NCBI GenBank assembly: GCA_031556185.1
Contig: JAVBTN010000002.1
Span: 76,796 to 140,795, forward strand
Length of the DNA: 64,000 bases
From: Oscillospiraceae bacterium
GTDB lineage: Bacteria > Bacillota > Clostridia > Oscillospirales > UBA929
Reading direction: 5' to 3'
Below, piece by piece: positions 20,886 through 30,599 of the stretch (position 1 is the stretch's first letter; each line of letters begins with the position of its first letter). The notes beneath the pieces were generated by a model. That model had not been told where the DNA came from and did not search any database. It saw nothing but the letters and a program-made list of their open reading frames with translations. The position numbers and the translations under genes are program-made.

Positions 20886-22142
20886 TCAGGCGCGGCCGAT
20901 GTCGCGGCGGTAAAACGCCCCCGCAAACGAGATGGCGCCGACGCCATCGTAAGCCTGAGCAATGGCTTCGTCCAATGTGGCGGCTCTTGCGGTCACGCCC
21001 AGGACACGACCGCCCGTTGTAACCAGCGCGCCCGTCTCATCTCGCCCGGTACCGGCATGGAACACCACTCTGTTCTCAGTATCTTCCGGCAACGGAGAAA
21101 TGGCAAGCCCCGACCGGTACTCGTCCGGATACCCGCCGCTGGCGAGCACCACACAACAGGACGCCTGATCCCGCCACTTGACGGGCGTATCGGCCAATGT
21201 GCCATTGCGCGCGGCCAACAAAATGTCCAGCAGATCGCTTTCTAGTAGCATGAGCACCGCCTGCGTCTCCGGGTCGCCTAAACGGGCGTTATACTCCACG
21301 ACACGCGGGCCGCCGGGCGTGAGCATGAGGCCAAAATAGAGCACCCCCCGAAAGGGACGCCCTTCCGCCGCCATCGCTCTGATCGTGGGCAGGAAAATGG
21401 TGTCCATGCAGAGCCGCGCCATGTCCGGCGTGTAGCCCGGCGCTGGGGCAATGGCCCCCATGCCGCCGGTGTTTTTTCCTGTATTGCCGTCAAAGGCGCG
21501 TTTGTGGTCACGCGAGGGCGGCATCGGTATCACCGTGTGGCCGTCAGTGAAGGCCAGCACGGTGACTTCGGGCCCCTGCATGTACTCTTCAATGACAATG
21601 CGGGTCCCAGCCTCTTGAAAGCGCTTGTTTTCCATCATGTCGCGCACAGCGGCCACCGCTTGCGCCTCGGTCTCGGCCACGACAACACCTTTGCCGAGCG
21701 CCAGTCCGTCGGCCTTGACCACAATCGGAGCGCCCTGCTCGTGGATGTACGCAATGGCGGCATCGGCGCTGTCAAAGGCGCGCCAAGCCGCGGTTTGGAT
21801 TCCATATTTCGACATCAACGTCTTGGAAAACACCTTGGAGCTTTCAATCTCGGCGGCACGCGCGGTGGGGCCAAACGCGGCAATGCCGGCTTCCTCCAAC
21901 GCGTCCACCATGCCTTTGGCCAGCGGGTCGTCCGGCGCGACTACAACAAAGTCGACGGCTTGCTCCCGTGCAAATGCCACCACACCGGTGACATCTGTCG
22001 CCGCCAGCGGCACGCACGTCGCCAGCGCGGCCATACCGGCATTGCCCGGCGCGCAGAACAGCCGGGACACCCGCTCGCTCTGCGAGAGCTTCCACACAAG
22101 GGCATGCTCACGGCCGCCGCCTCCAATGACCAGTACTCTCAT
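20886..22142 (-). CDS. purD: Phosphoribosylamine--glycine ligase
   Basis: MRVLVIGGGGREHALVWKL..PGNAG..ATP-grasp body, full length 418 aa. GGTGAGGTGA RBS. Confidence 0.95.
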   Translation of the reverse strand: MRVLVIGGGGREHALVWKLSQSERVSRLFCAPGNAGMAALATCVPLAATDVTGVVAFAREQAVDFVVVAPDDPLAKGMVDALEEAGIAAFGPTARAAEIESSKVFSKTLMSKYGIQTAAWRAFDSADAAIAYIHEQGAPIVVKADGLALGKGVVVAETEAQAVAAVRDMMENKRFQEAGTRIVIEEYMQGPEVTVLAFTDGHTVIPMPPSRDHKRAFDGNTGKNTGGMGAIAPAPGYTPDMARLCMDTIFLPTIRAMAAEGRPFRGVLYFGLMLTPGGPRVVEYNARLGDPETQAVLMLLESDLLDILLAARNGTLADTPVKWRDQASCCVVLASGGYPDEYRSGLAISPLPEDTENRVVFHAGTGRDETGALVTTGGRVLGVTARAATLDEAIAQAYDGVGAISFAGAFYRRDIGRA

Positions 22143-22234
22143 CGATTCACCTCACCCACATATGTCGGGAAATCGGGTGCGGCAGAAGACTCCGCCGCAC
22201 CCGCAATACGTCTTTCGCCTTTTGGGCCTGAACG

Positions 22235-23773
22235 TCAGTGCTTAAAATGCCGCAGGCCGGTAAACACCATAGCGATGTTGGCCTGATCTGCCGCCACAAT
22301 GGACTGCTCGTCGTTGATAGAACCGCCGGGCTGCATAATGGCGGTAATCCCGGCCGCCGCCGCTTCCTCGACACAGTCGGGGAACGGAAAAAAGGCGTCT
22401 GACCCCACGACGGCGCCACGGGCGTTGTCTCCCGCGTATTCAATGGCCAGCCGGAGCGCCGTGACACGGTTGGTTTGACCCGGCCCGATGCCCACGGTTC
22501 GCTTGCCCTTGACCAGCACAATGGCGTTGGACTTGACATGCCGCGCCACGCGCCAAGCAAACTCCATCTCGCTCATTTCACGCTCGTCGGGCGCACGTTT
22601 TGTGACGACGCGCAACCGTTCGGGGTCGATCAGTGTGTCGTCCAGGCTCTGCACCAGCAGACCGCCGGACACGCGCTTCAGGTCGTAGTCATGCGGCACA
22701 TGCGGATGTCCCATTTGCTCCAGCACAAGCAGACGCAGATTCTTTTTCCGGCTGAGAATTTCCACCGCCTCGTCGGTAAAGGAGGGCGCCACGACAATTT
22801 CGACAAATATCTCGTGAATGCGCGAGGCTGTCTCCTCGTCGCATGTGCGGTTGAGCGCAATGATGCCGCCAAAAATGGACATCGGATCGGCCTCATAGGC
22901 GTTTTGCCACGCCTCCAGTATTGTGCTGCCCAGACCGACGCCGCAGGGATTGGCGTGCTTGACAGCCACGCAGCAGGGCGTGTCAAACTCGCGTATGAGT
23001 TCAATGGCGCCGTTGAGATCCCCAATGTTGTTGTAGGAGAGCTCCTTGCCGTGGATCTGCTCGGCGGCGGGAATGGTGCCGTTCCAACGGCCGACTTCGC
23101 GGTAAAACGCAGCCGTCTGATGGGGATTTTCCCCGTAACGCAAATCCTGCTCCTTTTCAAAGGTCAGCGTCAGCGTATCGGGGTAGATCGCGCCGATTTC
23201 GTGCCGCAGGTACTCGGCAATGAGCGCATCATAGTGCGCCGTGTGTTCAAACACTTTGGCGGCCAAAGAAAAATGCATCTCGCGCGAAAGGCCGCCCTTT
23301 TCCAGTGCGTCGGCCACCATGTCATAGTCGGACGGGTCTACCAGAACCGCAACATCCTGCCAGTTTTTGGCGGCCGAGCGAATCATGGTGGGCCCGCCAA
23401 TGTCAATGTTTTCAATGGCTTCAGCCAGCTGCACACCCTCTTTGAGAATGGTCTGCTTAAACGGGTAGAGGTTGATGACCACAATGTCGATGGGGTCGAT
23501 ACCGAGCAACTCCATCTGCGCCATGTGATCGTGATTGTCACGCATGGCCAGAATCCCGCCATGCACCACAGGATGAAGCGTTTTGAGCCGCCCGTCCAGA
23601 CACTCGGGAAAACCGGTGATGTCGCTGACATTGACCACCTGCACACCGCCCGCTTTCAGCGCGGCGGCCGTACCTCCGGTTGAAACAATTTCGTAGCCCA
23701 AGGCGGCCACACGGCGCGCCAACTCAACCACGCCTGTTTTGTCCGACACACTAAACAATGCGCGTCGCTTCAT
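22235..23773 (-). CDS. purH: Bifunctional AICAR transformylase / IMP cyclohydrolase
   Basis: MKRRALFSVSDKTGVVELAR..STGGTA..LDGRLKTLHP..YPF, with the C-terminal AICARFT half ending FTGLRHFKH. GGAGGGG RBS before the ATG at 23773. The listed ORF start 23809 lacks an RBS. Confidence 0.95.
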   Translation of the reverse strand: MKRRALFSVSDKTGVVELARRVAALGYEIVSTGGTAAALKAGGVQVVNVSDITGFPECLDGRLKTLHPVVHGGILAMRDNHDHMAQMELLGIDPIDIVVINLYPFKQTILKEGVQLAEAIENIDIGGPTMIRSAAKNWQDVAVLVDPSDYDMVADALEKGGLSREMHFSLAAKVFEHTAHYDALIAEYLRHEIGAIYPDTLTLTFEKEQDLRYGENPHQTAAFYREVGRWNGTIPAAEQIHGKELSYNNIGDLNGAIELIREFDTPCCVAVKHANPCGVGLGSTILEAWQNAYEADPMSIFGGIIALNRTCDEETASRIHEIFVEIVVAPSFTDEAVEILSRKKNLRLLVLEQMGHPHVPHDYDLKRVSGGLLVQSLDDTLIDPERLRVVTKRAPDEREMSEMEFAWRVARHVKSNAIVLVKGKRTVGIGPGQTNRVTALRLAIEYAGDNARGAVVGSDAFFPFPDCVEEAAAAGITAIMQPGGSINDEQSIVAADQANIAMVFTGLRHFKH

Positions 23774-23807
23774 CGGTAACCCCTCCGTTTCGATTTTTTC
23801 TGACACC

Positions 23808-23836
23808 ATAATATCACGCCGGCTGACATTTTACAA
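23808..23836 (-). promoter_or_regulatory. Candidate sigma-A promoter of purH-purD
   Basis: On the minus strand: TTGTAA (23836..23831), 17-nt spacer, TATTAT (23813..23808). The leader to the purH ATG is only about 30 nt. Confidence 0.5.
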
Positions 23837-24430
23837 GGGAAGACGGTCTGAAGATATTTTTGTGACCACGGCGCACAGCTGGCCGCCCGACGCGCAAGAG
23901 ACAATTCCATGCGCGTCAGGAAAACCTACGCAACATGCGCAAGTGAATGGGTATACACTTATACAAATAATGGCCTGTCTGATATCCGCCTCAGCTTTGA
24001 CAAAAATGATTTAGTACATCGCGTCGCGATTGCCAGTGCTAATATCAGGAGATGACCCGGGCAACAAAAGCCTCGTAAAAACGGCATACAAAATATGTCT
24101 ACAGTGAAAAATAGGAAATATTATCCAAATCTGTCTTTATCGGGAAATATTTTCTCCATATAATTGTGAAAATTCTCCCAGAAAAAAGTTTGTAGTTCCA
24201 GATCATCCTTTTTTATTATTTGTCGTATCACTCCTATGTATTGATATTTCTATCGATCAACCAAATCAGACTCTTTTCACAGCCTGGTCATAATATGCAA
24301 TTTTTGAATGTATATGGTGAAGTAAATATGGGATTGTAGGACGAACAGACGGTCGCCTCAACCCCAAAAGAGTCGCATCGTGTTATGAGCTCAAGTACGC
24401 TCTTGACACATCGGGTCACCGCAATCCAAC

Positions 24431-24685
24431 ATGCCGAAATTCGCCAAATGCATCCTGACAATAGTGGCCGTCTCCCTACTCCTCTCACCCTATGCACTGG
24501 CGGGGAACACCCTGTTGCTCCGCGTGGACTCGGGCGTCATCGTCTCTCTGCCCGAGGATACGGAAATGATGCACAGCGGAAACTTGGTGATGGGCGAGGT
24601 GGGCGAGGGCAAGCTGGTCATTCGCCATCAGGCGCATTTCCGTTTATCCTCATTCCCGCACTGGCAAAACGTCAATGACGTCTGA
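24431..24685 (+). CDS. Hypothetical small secreted protein (84 aa)
   Basis: Convincing Sec signal peptide MPKFAKCILTIVAVSLLLSPYALAG, but no Shine-Dalgarno upstream of the ATG. Low confidence. Confidence 0.35.
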   Translation: MPKFAKCILTIVAVSLLLSPYALAGNTLLLRVDSGVIVSLPEDTEMMHSGNLVMGEVGEGKLVIRHQAHFRLSSFPHWQNVNDV

Positions 24686-24738
24686 TGATTTGATATAGGA
24701 CTCTGCGAAATCTGTCAAAACACTAAGGAGGAAGCGAC

Positions 24739-25556
24739 ATGAAACTTAAGAAAAAAGCGCAGTCGTCCTGTCCATGGTTCTCGTCGCAGCTCTCATCGTC
24801 TCCGGCATCGGTACATATGCCTGGCTCACCAGAACGAACGACAATTTCACCGCCGTCAGCGCCGATGTGGCCGTCATCGATTTTGCAATTGAGGGAGGCA
24901 TGGTTGCACTCAATCCCAACGCAGTAGCGGGGAAAGGCATCTTGTTTACCGGCAGCACGTTGTCCTGAAGAATTCGGGCACCCGCGAAGCCCTCGTTCGC
25001 CTCGAACCCAAGATATCGGCCTGGCTGCGAGACTCCGAATACAACAACGCCGTGGGCACCCAGCGTTTCGCCACCAATCTCGCTGACTGTGTAATGGCCG
25101 GTGATTATACCACAACAGGCGACATTGCCGACTACACCTGCAAGTACAGCGGAGCCACTCAGGTGGCTACATTGGATTTCTCCGGCGTCACCGCAGGCGG
25201 AACCACGTACACCCCCGCCGACTTTGCCCTTCCGCTGGCCAGCAACGGCACTAAAACTCATCGGTGCCGGCCCGAACACCGATCTCGCTTCAACATATAA
25301 CGCGCCCAACGGCAGCTGGAACACCCAGAACATGACCTCGGTCATCGAAGATAACATTGAGCTGAGAGACTTCACGCTGGTACCCAATGCCAAAGCCAAC
25401 AAGGCTATTGAAGTCCTCGGAAAAGACGTTGAAATCCAGAACATCAACATCGCCCCGAACAGCATCACGCCAAACTTCTCCGGCTCGCTGTTTTTTAACG
25501 GAGACGTTGGCAACGCCGTGGTCGATAAGGAGTACTCCCGGGTTGTGACGACCTGA
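24739..25556 (+). pseudogene. Frameshifted TasA/camelysin-like protein with SipW-type signal peptide
   Basis: AAGGAGG RBS then ATG 24739 (MKLKKKAQSS). The signal peptide continues in another frame (VLSMVLVAALIVSGIGTYAWLTRTND). The body is split over three frames: ..FTGSTLS* / VVLKNSGTREALVRLEP.. / ..KLIGAGPNTDLASTYNAPNG.. to the stop at 25556. At least three frame changes occur, near 24751..24756 (an A6 tract), 24945..24962 and 25245..25260. Confidence 0.7.
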
Positions 25557-25594
25557 GGTTACTCCTTTTTGTATGCCGCACCAAAACAGCATAC

Positions 25595-25630
25595 AAAAAA
25601 TCCTGCAATCAAACGATTACAGGACTTTTT
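25595..25630. terminator. Bidirectional terminator between TasA-like pseudogene and tRNA-fMet
   Basis: AAAAAA-TCCTGCAATC-AAAC-GATTACAGGAC-TTTTT. The stem is about 11 bp and imperfect, flanked by an A-run and a T-run, and abuts the 3' end of the tRNA. Confidence 0.55.
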
Positions 25631-25631
25631 C

Positions 25632-25708
<77 letters not shown>

Positions 25709-25732
25709 ATATAAAATAGATTGGCGAAAAAC

Positions 25733-25821
25733 TGGTGCCGGAGACCGGGCTCGAACCGGTACGACTCTTTCGAGTCACGGGATTTTAAGTCCCGGGCGTC
25801 TGCCAGTTCCGCCACTCCGGC
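25733..25821 (-). tRNA. tRNA-Leu (TAA)
   Basis: The minus strand reads GCCGGAGTGGCGGAACTGGCAGACGCCCGGGACTTAAAATCCCG + long variable arm + GGTTCGAGCCCGGTCTCCGGCACCA. This is a type II tRNA with anticodon loop CTTAAAA. Confidence 0.9.
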
Positions 25822-25901
25822 TCACTACGGTAAGTAGTATACCATGTAAACGGGGTTGTGTCAACTCATTCGGGAAAGGAAATTTCTTTTCATCCACACC
25901 A

Positions 25902-26387
25902 TCATGACGAAGACACGGAATCCCGCCCGCGAAAAGAAACGTACCTGGCCAAAAAATAATTGAGAACCGTGACGACGACAATGAGTCCAAAGCGCACCCA
26001 AACGTCGGGCCAACCACCGCGCGTGACCAGCCAGTAAAACAAAACGGAGTCCAGCAAAATGGTGGCCGCACGGCCTGCAAAAAAGGAGATCGCCTCCTTG
26101 ACGAGGGCTCTCCCGTCGGCGCAGCGGGAGCGAAACACAAAAAACTTGCTGGCAACATAGGCAAACAAAACCGCTACAACATCCGCCAGGACATGGGCCA
26201 CAATGTCCTCCCAGTGAAGAACATATGCCAGTACCAGATACGTCCCCATGCTGACGACCGTCGTCAGTCCGCCGACGATCACATAGCGGAACAGGCGCGC
26301 AAACGCGGGTGTTGTGGCCCAGGCGGGCAAAAGCCTCAGCAGACGGCTGGTTCCTTTTTGCTTCTTCTCTTCGTGCACAATGATCAT
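25902..26387 (-). CDS. GtrA-family membrane protein
   Basis: FRYVIVGGLTTVVSMGTYLVL..FAYVASKFFVFRS.., four TM helices, about 160 aa. Confidence 0.8.
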   Translation of the reverse strand: MIIVHEEKKQKGTSRLLRLLPAWATTPAFARLFRYVIVGGLTTVVSMGTYLVLAYVLHWEDIVAHVLADVVAVLFAYVASKFFVFRSRCADGRALVKEAISFFAGRAATILLDSVLFYWLVTRGGWPDVWVRFGLIVVVTVLNYFLARYVSFRGRDSVSSS

Positions 26388-26539
26388 TCTTTCTAAAGTT
26401 ATGACATTTTATGGGCCAACACAACGTATCATACCACGCTTTTCGTCAGATGACAACATGGTGCATTGACAGGGATGCCTATAAAGAGGTAAAATGTTGA
26501 GTAACGCCAGTTCCTTCCCAGTATATAGGAGGTATCCCT

Positions 26540-27649
26540 TTGAGACGCTTATTCTTAGCCTGTTTAACCCTCGTTCTTCTGGCTGGCTGCGCCCCCCAGC
26601 AAGGGCAACCCTCGCCCTCGCCTTCGCCCGAGGTCACCGAATCCCCGTCACCCTCGCCCATGCCGAGTCCAACACCCAACCCTAGTCCCTCGCCGTCCCC
26701 CTCCCCCACCGATCCATATGCCGGGATGACACTCAATCCACTCACCGGCCTGCCGCTTGACGAAGCCTATCTCCACCGGCGCCCGGCCGCCATCATGCTC
26801 AACAACCTGAAAAAGGCACTTCCCATGTACGGTGTCACACAGGCCGACATCATATATGAAGCGCTGGCAGAAGGTGGAATCACGCGCATGGTAGGGGTGT
26901 ATCAAAACCCCTCGCAAGTGCCGCAGATTGGCACGGTGCGTAGTACCCGGGCCTATTATCTTGACATCGCGACCGGACACGACGCCATCTTGCTGCACGC
27001 CGGAGGCAGTCCGGAGGCGTATGATCTGATTCGCCAGCGGGGAATGGCGGCGCTGGATTGCCTGCGCGGCTATGAGGGTTCATTGTTTTGGCGCGACAAA
27101 GACCGCATTAAGAAGAGAGGTTTGGAACACAGCGCGTTTACCTCCGGCGAACGCATTGAGGAGACGTTTCAAAAGCTCAAAACACGCATTGTCCACGAAG
27201 AGGGATACAAGGAGACATTGCAGTTCGCCGACGACGGGACCCCGGTGGGCGGCACGCCCGCCACATCGGTATCCATCAAATACTCCTACTACAAGACCGG
27301 CGTATTTGACTACAACAGCACCACCAAGACCTATGCCGTCACCGAATATGACGCACCCTACATAGACGGCCAGGACAATTCTCAGGTGAATGTCACCAAT
27401 GTGCTGGTGCTATATGCCTCCGTCGGACAGGTGAAAGGCGACGACAAAGGCCGTCTGGTCACAAAACTCACCGGCGACGGCACCGGTACGTTTATCTGCG
27501 GCGGTCGGTCCGTTCCCATCAAGTGGTCGAAAGAGTCCTACGCGGCTCCCTTTATTTACACACTGGAAAATAGTTCTCCGCTGCTCTTAGGGCGTGGGCA
27601 CAGCTACATCAACATTGTCCCGCTCAAAGCGGCTGTGGAGATCAAATAA
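26540..27649 (+). CDS. DUF3048 (YerB-like) lipoprotein
   Basis: TTG start after AGGAGG. Lipobox LLAGC, then a Pro/Ser-rich linker (PSPSPSPEVTESPSPSPMPSPTPNPSPSPSPSP). RPAAIMLNN..GVTQADIIYEALAEGGITRMVGVYQ is typical of DUF3048. Confidence 0.85.
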   Translation: MRRLFLACLTLVLLAGCAPQQGQPSPSPSPEVTESPSPSPMPSPTPNPSPSPSPSPTDPYAGMTLNPLTGLPLDEAYLHRRPAAIMLNNLKKALPMYGVTQADIIYEALAEGGITRMVGVYQNPSQVPQIGTVRSTRAYYLDIATGHDAILLHAGGSPEAYDLIRQRGMAALDCLRGYEGSLFWRDKDRIKKRGLEHSAFTSGERIEETFQKLKTRIVHEEGYKETLQFADDGTPVGGTPATSVSIKYSYYKTGVFDYNSTTKTYAVTEYDAPYIDGQDNSQVNVTNVLVLYASVGQVKGDDKGRLVTKLTGDGTGTFICGGRSVPIKWSKESYAAPFIYTLENSSPLLLGRGHSYINIVPLKAAVEIK

Positions 27650-27677
27650 CACAAGTGAACAGCAAGGAGGTCTCACC

Positions 27678-28649
27678 ATGCGGTATATCCGATTGCCCCG
27701 CACCGACTTGAAATCCTCTGTGATCTGCCTGGGCAGCATGGTCAGTGATGAGCGTTCGCCGCTGATGGTCTGTTTCGACGAATTTGTCGAGCGCGGTGGC
27801 AACTGCTTTGACACGGCCAACATGTATGGCAGGTGGCTGCCGGAAGGCACCAATGTCAACGAACAGGTATTTGGCCGCTGGCTTGCCCGCAAAGGTCCTG
27901 CGTTTCGCGACAGTATCATTCTCTGCACCAAGGGCGGGCACCCGCCGCTCGGTCACATGGATCAGCACCGGTTGTCGAAGCAGGACATCGCGTCCGATCT
28001 GGAAGAGAGTCTGCGTGCGCTCCAGGTGGAGACCGTCGATCTTTACTGGCTACACAGAGATGATCCGAGCATGCCGGTCAGTGAAATCTTGACCTATCTC
28101 AATGAATTCGCCGCTCAGGGGAAAATCCGCTTTTTCGGTGTTTCCAACTGGCGCGCCTCACGCATACGGGAGGCGGACGCATACGCGCGGGAGCATGGCA
28201 TTCAGGGATTCGTCGCCAACCAGCCCATGTGGAGCTACGCGTTGATCAATCAGTCCGCCATAGATGAGCACACGATGGTGGCGATGGATGAGGATGCATT
28301 CCTGTTCCATAGCAAGACCGGGCTGAGCGTGCTTCCGTATTCTTCCAACGCCAAAGGCTATTTTCAAAAACAGATTCTGGGCGAAACCATGCGCAAAGAC
28401 TATGCCACCTGGTACGATCGTCCGGAAAACCGCGCGCGCCTCGACATCCTCGTGGAAGTTGCCGCCGAGCGCGAATGCAGTGTCACGCAAGTATCTTTGG
28501 CCTACATGTTGGCGCAGCCATTCCCCACGATTCCCATTGTGGGCTTTTCAGGCAGTCATCAGCTGCTGGAGAGCATGGCCGCAGTCGATATCTCATTCGA
28601 CCTGGCTACCATGAACCGCTTGCGCGTCGACCCGCACGCGTTGTTTTAG
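27678..28649 (+). CDS. Aldo/keto reductase
   Basis: MRYIRLPRTDLKSSVICLGSM..FDTANMYG..DLYWLHRDD..GVSNW motifs. AGGAGG RBS before the ATG at 27678. Confidence 0.9.
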   Translation: MRYIRLPRTDLKSSVICLGSMVSDERSPLMVCFDEFVERGGNCFDTANMYGRWLPEGTNVNEQVFGRWLARKGPAFRDSIILCTKGGHPPLGHMDQHRLSKQDIASDLEESLRALQVETVDLYWLHRDDPSMPVSEILTYLNEFAAQGKIRFFGVSNWRASRIREADAYAREHGIQGFVANQPMWSYALINQSAIDEHTMVAMDEDAFLFHSKTGLSVLPYSSNAKGYFQKQILGETMRKDYATWYDRPENRARLDILVEVAAERECSVTQVSLAYMLAQPFPTIPIVGFSGSHQLLESMAAVDISFDLATMNRLRVDPHALF

Positions 28650-28736
28650 CCTGCGGTGCTCCCTTTTTGGCTTTTGCAGACAAGCTGGTGAGGAAATGTG
28701 GCCTCCCCTTTACGCACCTTCTTTATTCCACAGTAG

Positions 28737-28775
28737 AAAAAGACCGGGTCGCGCCGCTGGCGCAACCCGGTCTTT
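28737..28775. terminator. Hairpin terminator between convergent genes
   Basis: AAAGACCGGGT..ACCCGGTCTTT. On the minus strand TTTTTCTAC follows the hairpin, so it terminates the 28788..30599 gene. Confidence 0.65.
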
Positions 28776-28787
28776 CAACGCTGTTGT

Positions 28788-30599
28788 TTAGACGTTCTGA
28801 TAGTAGAAGATGTGCTCTCTGTCAGCGGTGATGTTGGTAAAGGTGTGGGACGAGGGCACGCCCGGTACGAGAATGGTGCCAGGAATGACGCGGGCCGTCA
28901 GCGTGATGGTGTCGCCATAGAACGCGACCTGGCTCTCAGTGGTTTGCTCACCGGTGGTGACATTGTAGAAAATCGTGGTGATGTAGATACGTTTGAGTGT
29001 ATTGGTGATGGTGGTGCCAGAAATCGTGGTGGTGTACTCATTGAGCACGGTGGGCGCGGACACCGTATAGACGCAATCAACACCGGCATTGTTGGTTTTG
29101 GGCTGACCGGGGAAGGTAAACACGCCGCTTCCAAACGAGTCCACATCTGTTGAGCCGACGAAAACGCCGTCGCGGTAAAGGTTGACTCTAAAGCTGGCAG
29201 GTCTGTAATTCTTGACGTTGTCGTTGTCATTCCAAATCACACTGCCGGCAATATCAATCAGCTGCACGTCGGGCGCACCGTTGATCTCGATGATTCTGCG
29301 TCCCTTCATGTTGAAGGTGCTGTTATTGATCGGCGTGGTGCCATTGTAGCGATCGGTGGCAACAGATTTCACAACACCGCGCAAACCGAGCACACCGGTG
29401 ACTGTGTAGTTCAGACCGTTGGGGTTGGCAAACGTAACAGTCGGGTTGACCAGGTTTGTCCAGGTCTGGCCGATGGAGGAGTCCCAATAACGGATGGAGC
29501 CGGCTTTAATGTCAAATCGGGAGGGATCGCAGTCAACGTCAATGGCATTGCCGGAGCATTTGTTGTTTCCGTTGAATAAAAGCACATATTTCGGATTGTT
29601 GACGTTAAATTTGCAGCCGTCTTCCAGTTCCAGGATGCACTCGTCGGTTCTGTTGGTGGGTGCCACGGCGATGAGCGTTGCGCCCTCATCAATCGTCACA
29701 GTTCCTTCGACTTCAATGATGTCGTTCGAACAGTAGATGTCGCCGGCGCAGTCAATGACAACGGAGGCGTTCTTGCCGACGGCAAATTTATCGAGCGCAC
29801 AGCACTGCAGGAAAACATTCTTGCCCGCATAGGAGAATTCAGAGCCCTCATCGAAGACAAGGTAGCCGTCGCACAGGCTGTTGTAATAGAACCCACTGCC
29901 GTTGACAAGACCCTTGTTATTGGTCACAAACACTTTGGCGCCGGCCGCCACACGCAGGCCACCGCGACTGTCCGGGCCTGTGAGCCAGAATATCTCTTCG
30001 CAGCTTTTGGGCTGGTTCTTGTCGATCGTGACATTGCCTTCCAGCAGAACGAAGTTGGCTTCCGCGACTTCGCCGGTGCTGTTGCAATAGCCCGGGACAA
30101 GGTTGATGGTGCTATCTTTGATTTGAACTGTGCCAGATCTGTTGTAGACCAACTGTGGCCCAACATAGGTGACGTTCTCGTAGCGAACAGTGATGCCACG
30201 CAGGCAAGGATCGATGTACGGCACACCGTAGTAGTTTTTGCCGTTAAACTTGAGGTTGGAAATCTGAATAAACTGCAGCGCACCTCTCTTCTCCAAACGA
30301 ATGGAGTCGCAGCAGGAATTGGACGCATAGTCGTGCAGCGTAAAGCCATTGCCGTCAATAAACAATTCCGCCTTGTTGGGGTTGATCGCGACGCCGCATC
30401 TGGGGATCTGGATGTCGGCCGTCAGCCGAATACCTGTAGTCGCAGTATCCTTCAACACCGCGCTCAGTTGTTTCCAGTTGGAAACGTCCACCCAGTTAGA
30501 AGGGGTCGCGAAGGCGGTGATGGCTGCCATTCCAACAAGCAGCGCAAACACAAGGCCAATGCTTAAAAGTCTCTTTCTCACAGTTTCGTTCTCCTTCAT
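28788..30599 (-). CDS. Secreted Cys-rich adhesin-like protein (beta-helix-like N-terminal region + CnaB-like + MucBP-like), no wall anchor
   Basis: Signal peptide MKENETVRKRLLSIGLVFALLVGMAAITAFA. A 420-aa region follows with many Cys and repetitive V/I-x-N/D-G strands; its assignment as a pectate-lyase-like adhesive fold is inference. Then comes a CnaB-like block (VIWNDNDNVKNYRPASFRVNLYRDG..YTVSAP), then a MucBP-like block (YITTIFYNVTTGEQ..FTNITADREHIFYYQNV). It ends without an LPXTG-type signal. Confidence 0.88.
   Translation of the reverse strand: MKENETVRKRLLSIGLVFALLVGMAAITAFATPSNWVDVSNWKQLSAVLKDTATTGIRLTADIQIPRCGVAINPNKAELFIDGNGFTLHDYASNSCCDSIRLEKRGALQFIQISNLKFNGKNYYGVPYIDPCLRGITVRYENVTYVGPQLVYNRSGTVQIKDSTINLVPGYCNSTGEVAEANFVLLEGNVTIDKNQPKSCEEIFWLTGPDSRGGLRVAAGAKVFVTNNKGLVNGSGFYYNSLCDGYLVFDEGSEFSYAGKNVFLQCCALDKFAVGKNASVVIDCAGDIYCSNDIIEVEGTVTIDEGATLIAVAPTNRTDECILELEDGCKFNVNNPKYVLLFNGNNKCSGNAIDVDCDPSRFDIKAGSIRYWDSSIGQTWTNLVNPTVTFANPNGLNYTVTGVLGLRGVVKSVATDRYNGTTPINNSTFNMKGRRIIEINGAPDVQLIDIAGSVIWNDNDNVKNYRPASFRVNLYRDGVFVGSTDVDSFGSGVFTFPGQPKTNNAGVDCVYTVSAPTVLNEYTTTISGTTITNTLKRIYITTIFYNVTTGEQTTESQVAFYGDTITLTARVIPGTILVPGVPSSHTFTNITADREHIFYYQNV

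Noticed and set aside
23774-23836. Purine riboswitch or PurR-box leader upstream of purH
   Set aside because: A promoter-like TTGTAA-N17-TATTAT sits about 30 nt from the start codon, leaving no room for a roughly 100-nt aptamer. No conserved purine-riboswitch core was recognised further upstream.
25571-25594. Hairpin GTATGC-N12-GCATAC after the TasA-like pseudogene
   Set aside because: In both orientations the T-run precedes rather than follows the stem, so it is not a convincing intrinsic terminator. The adjacent hairpin at 25595..25630 fits better.
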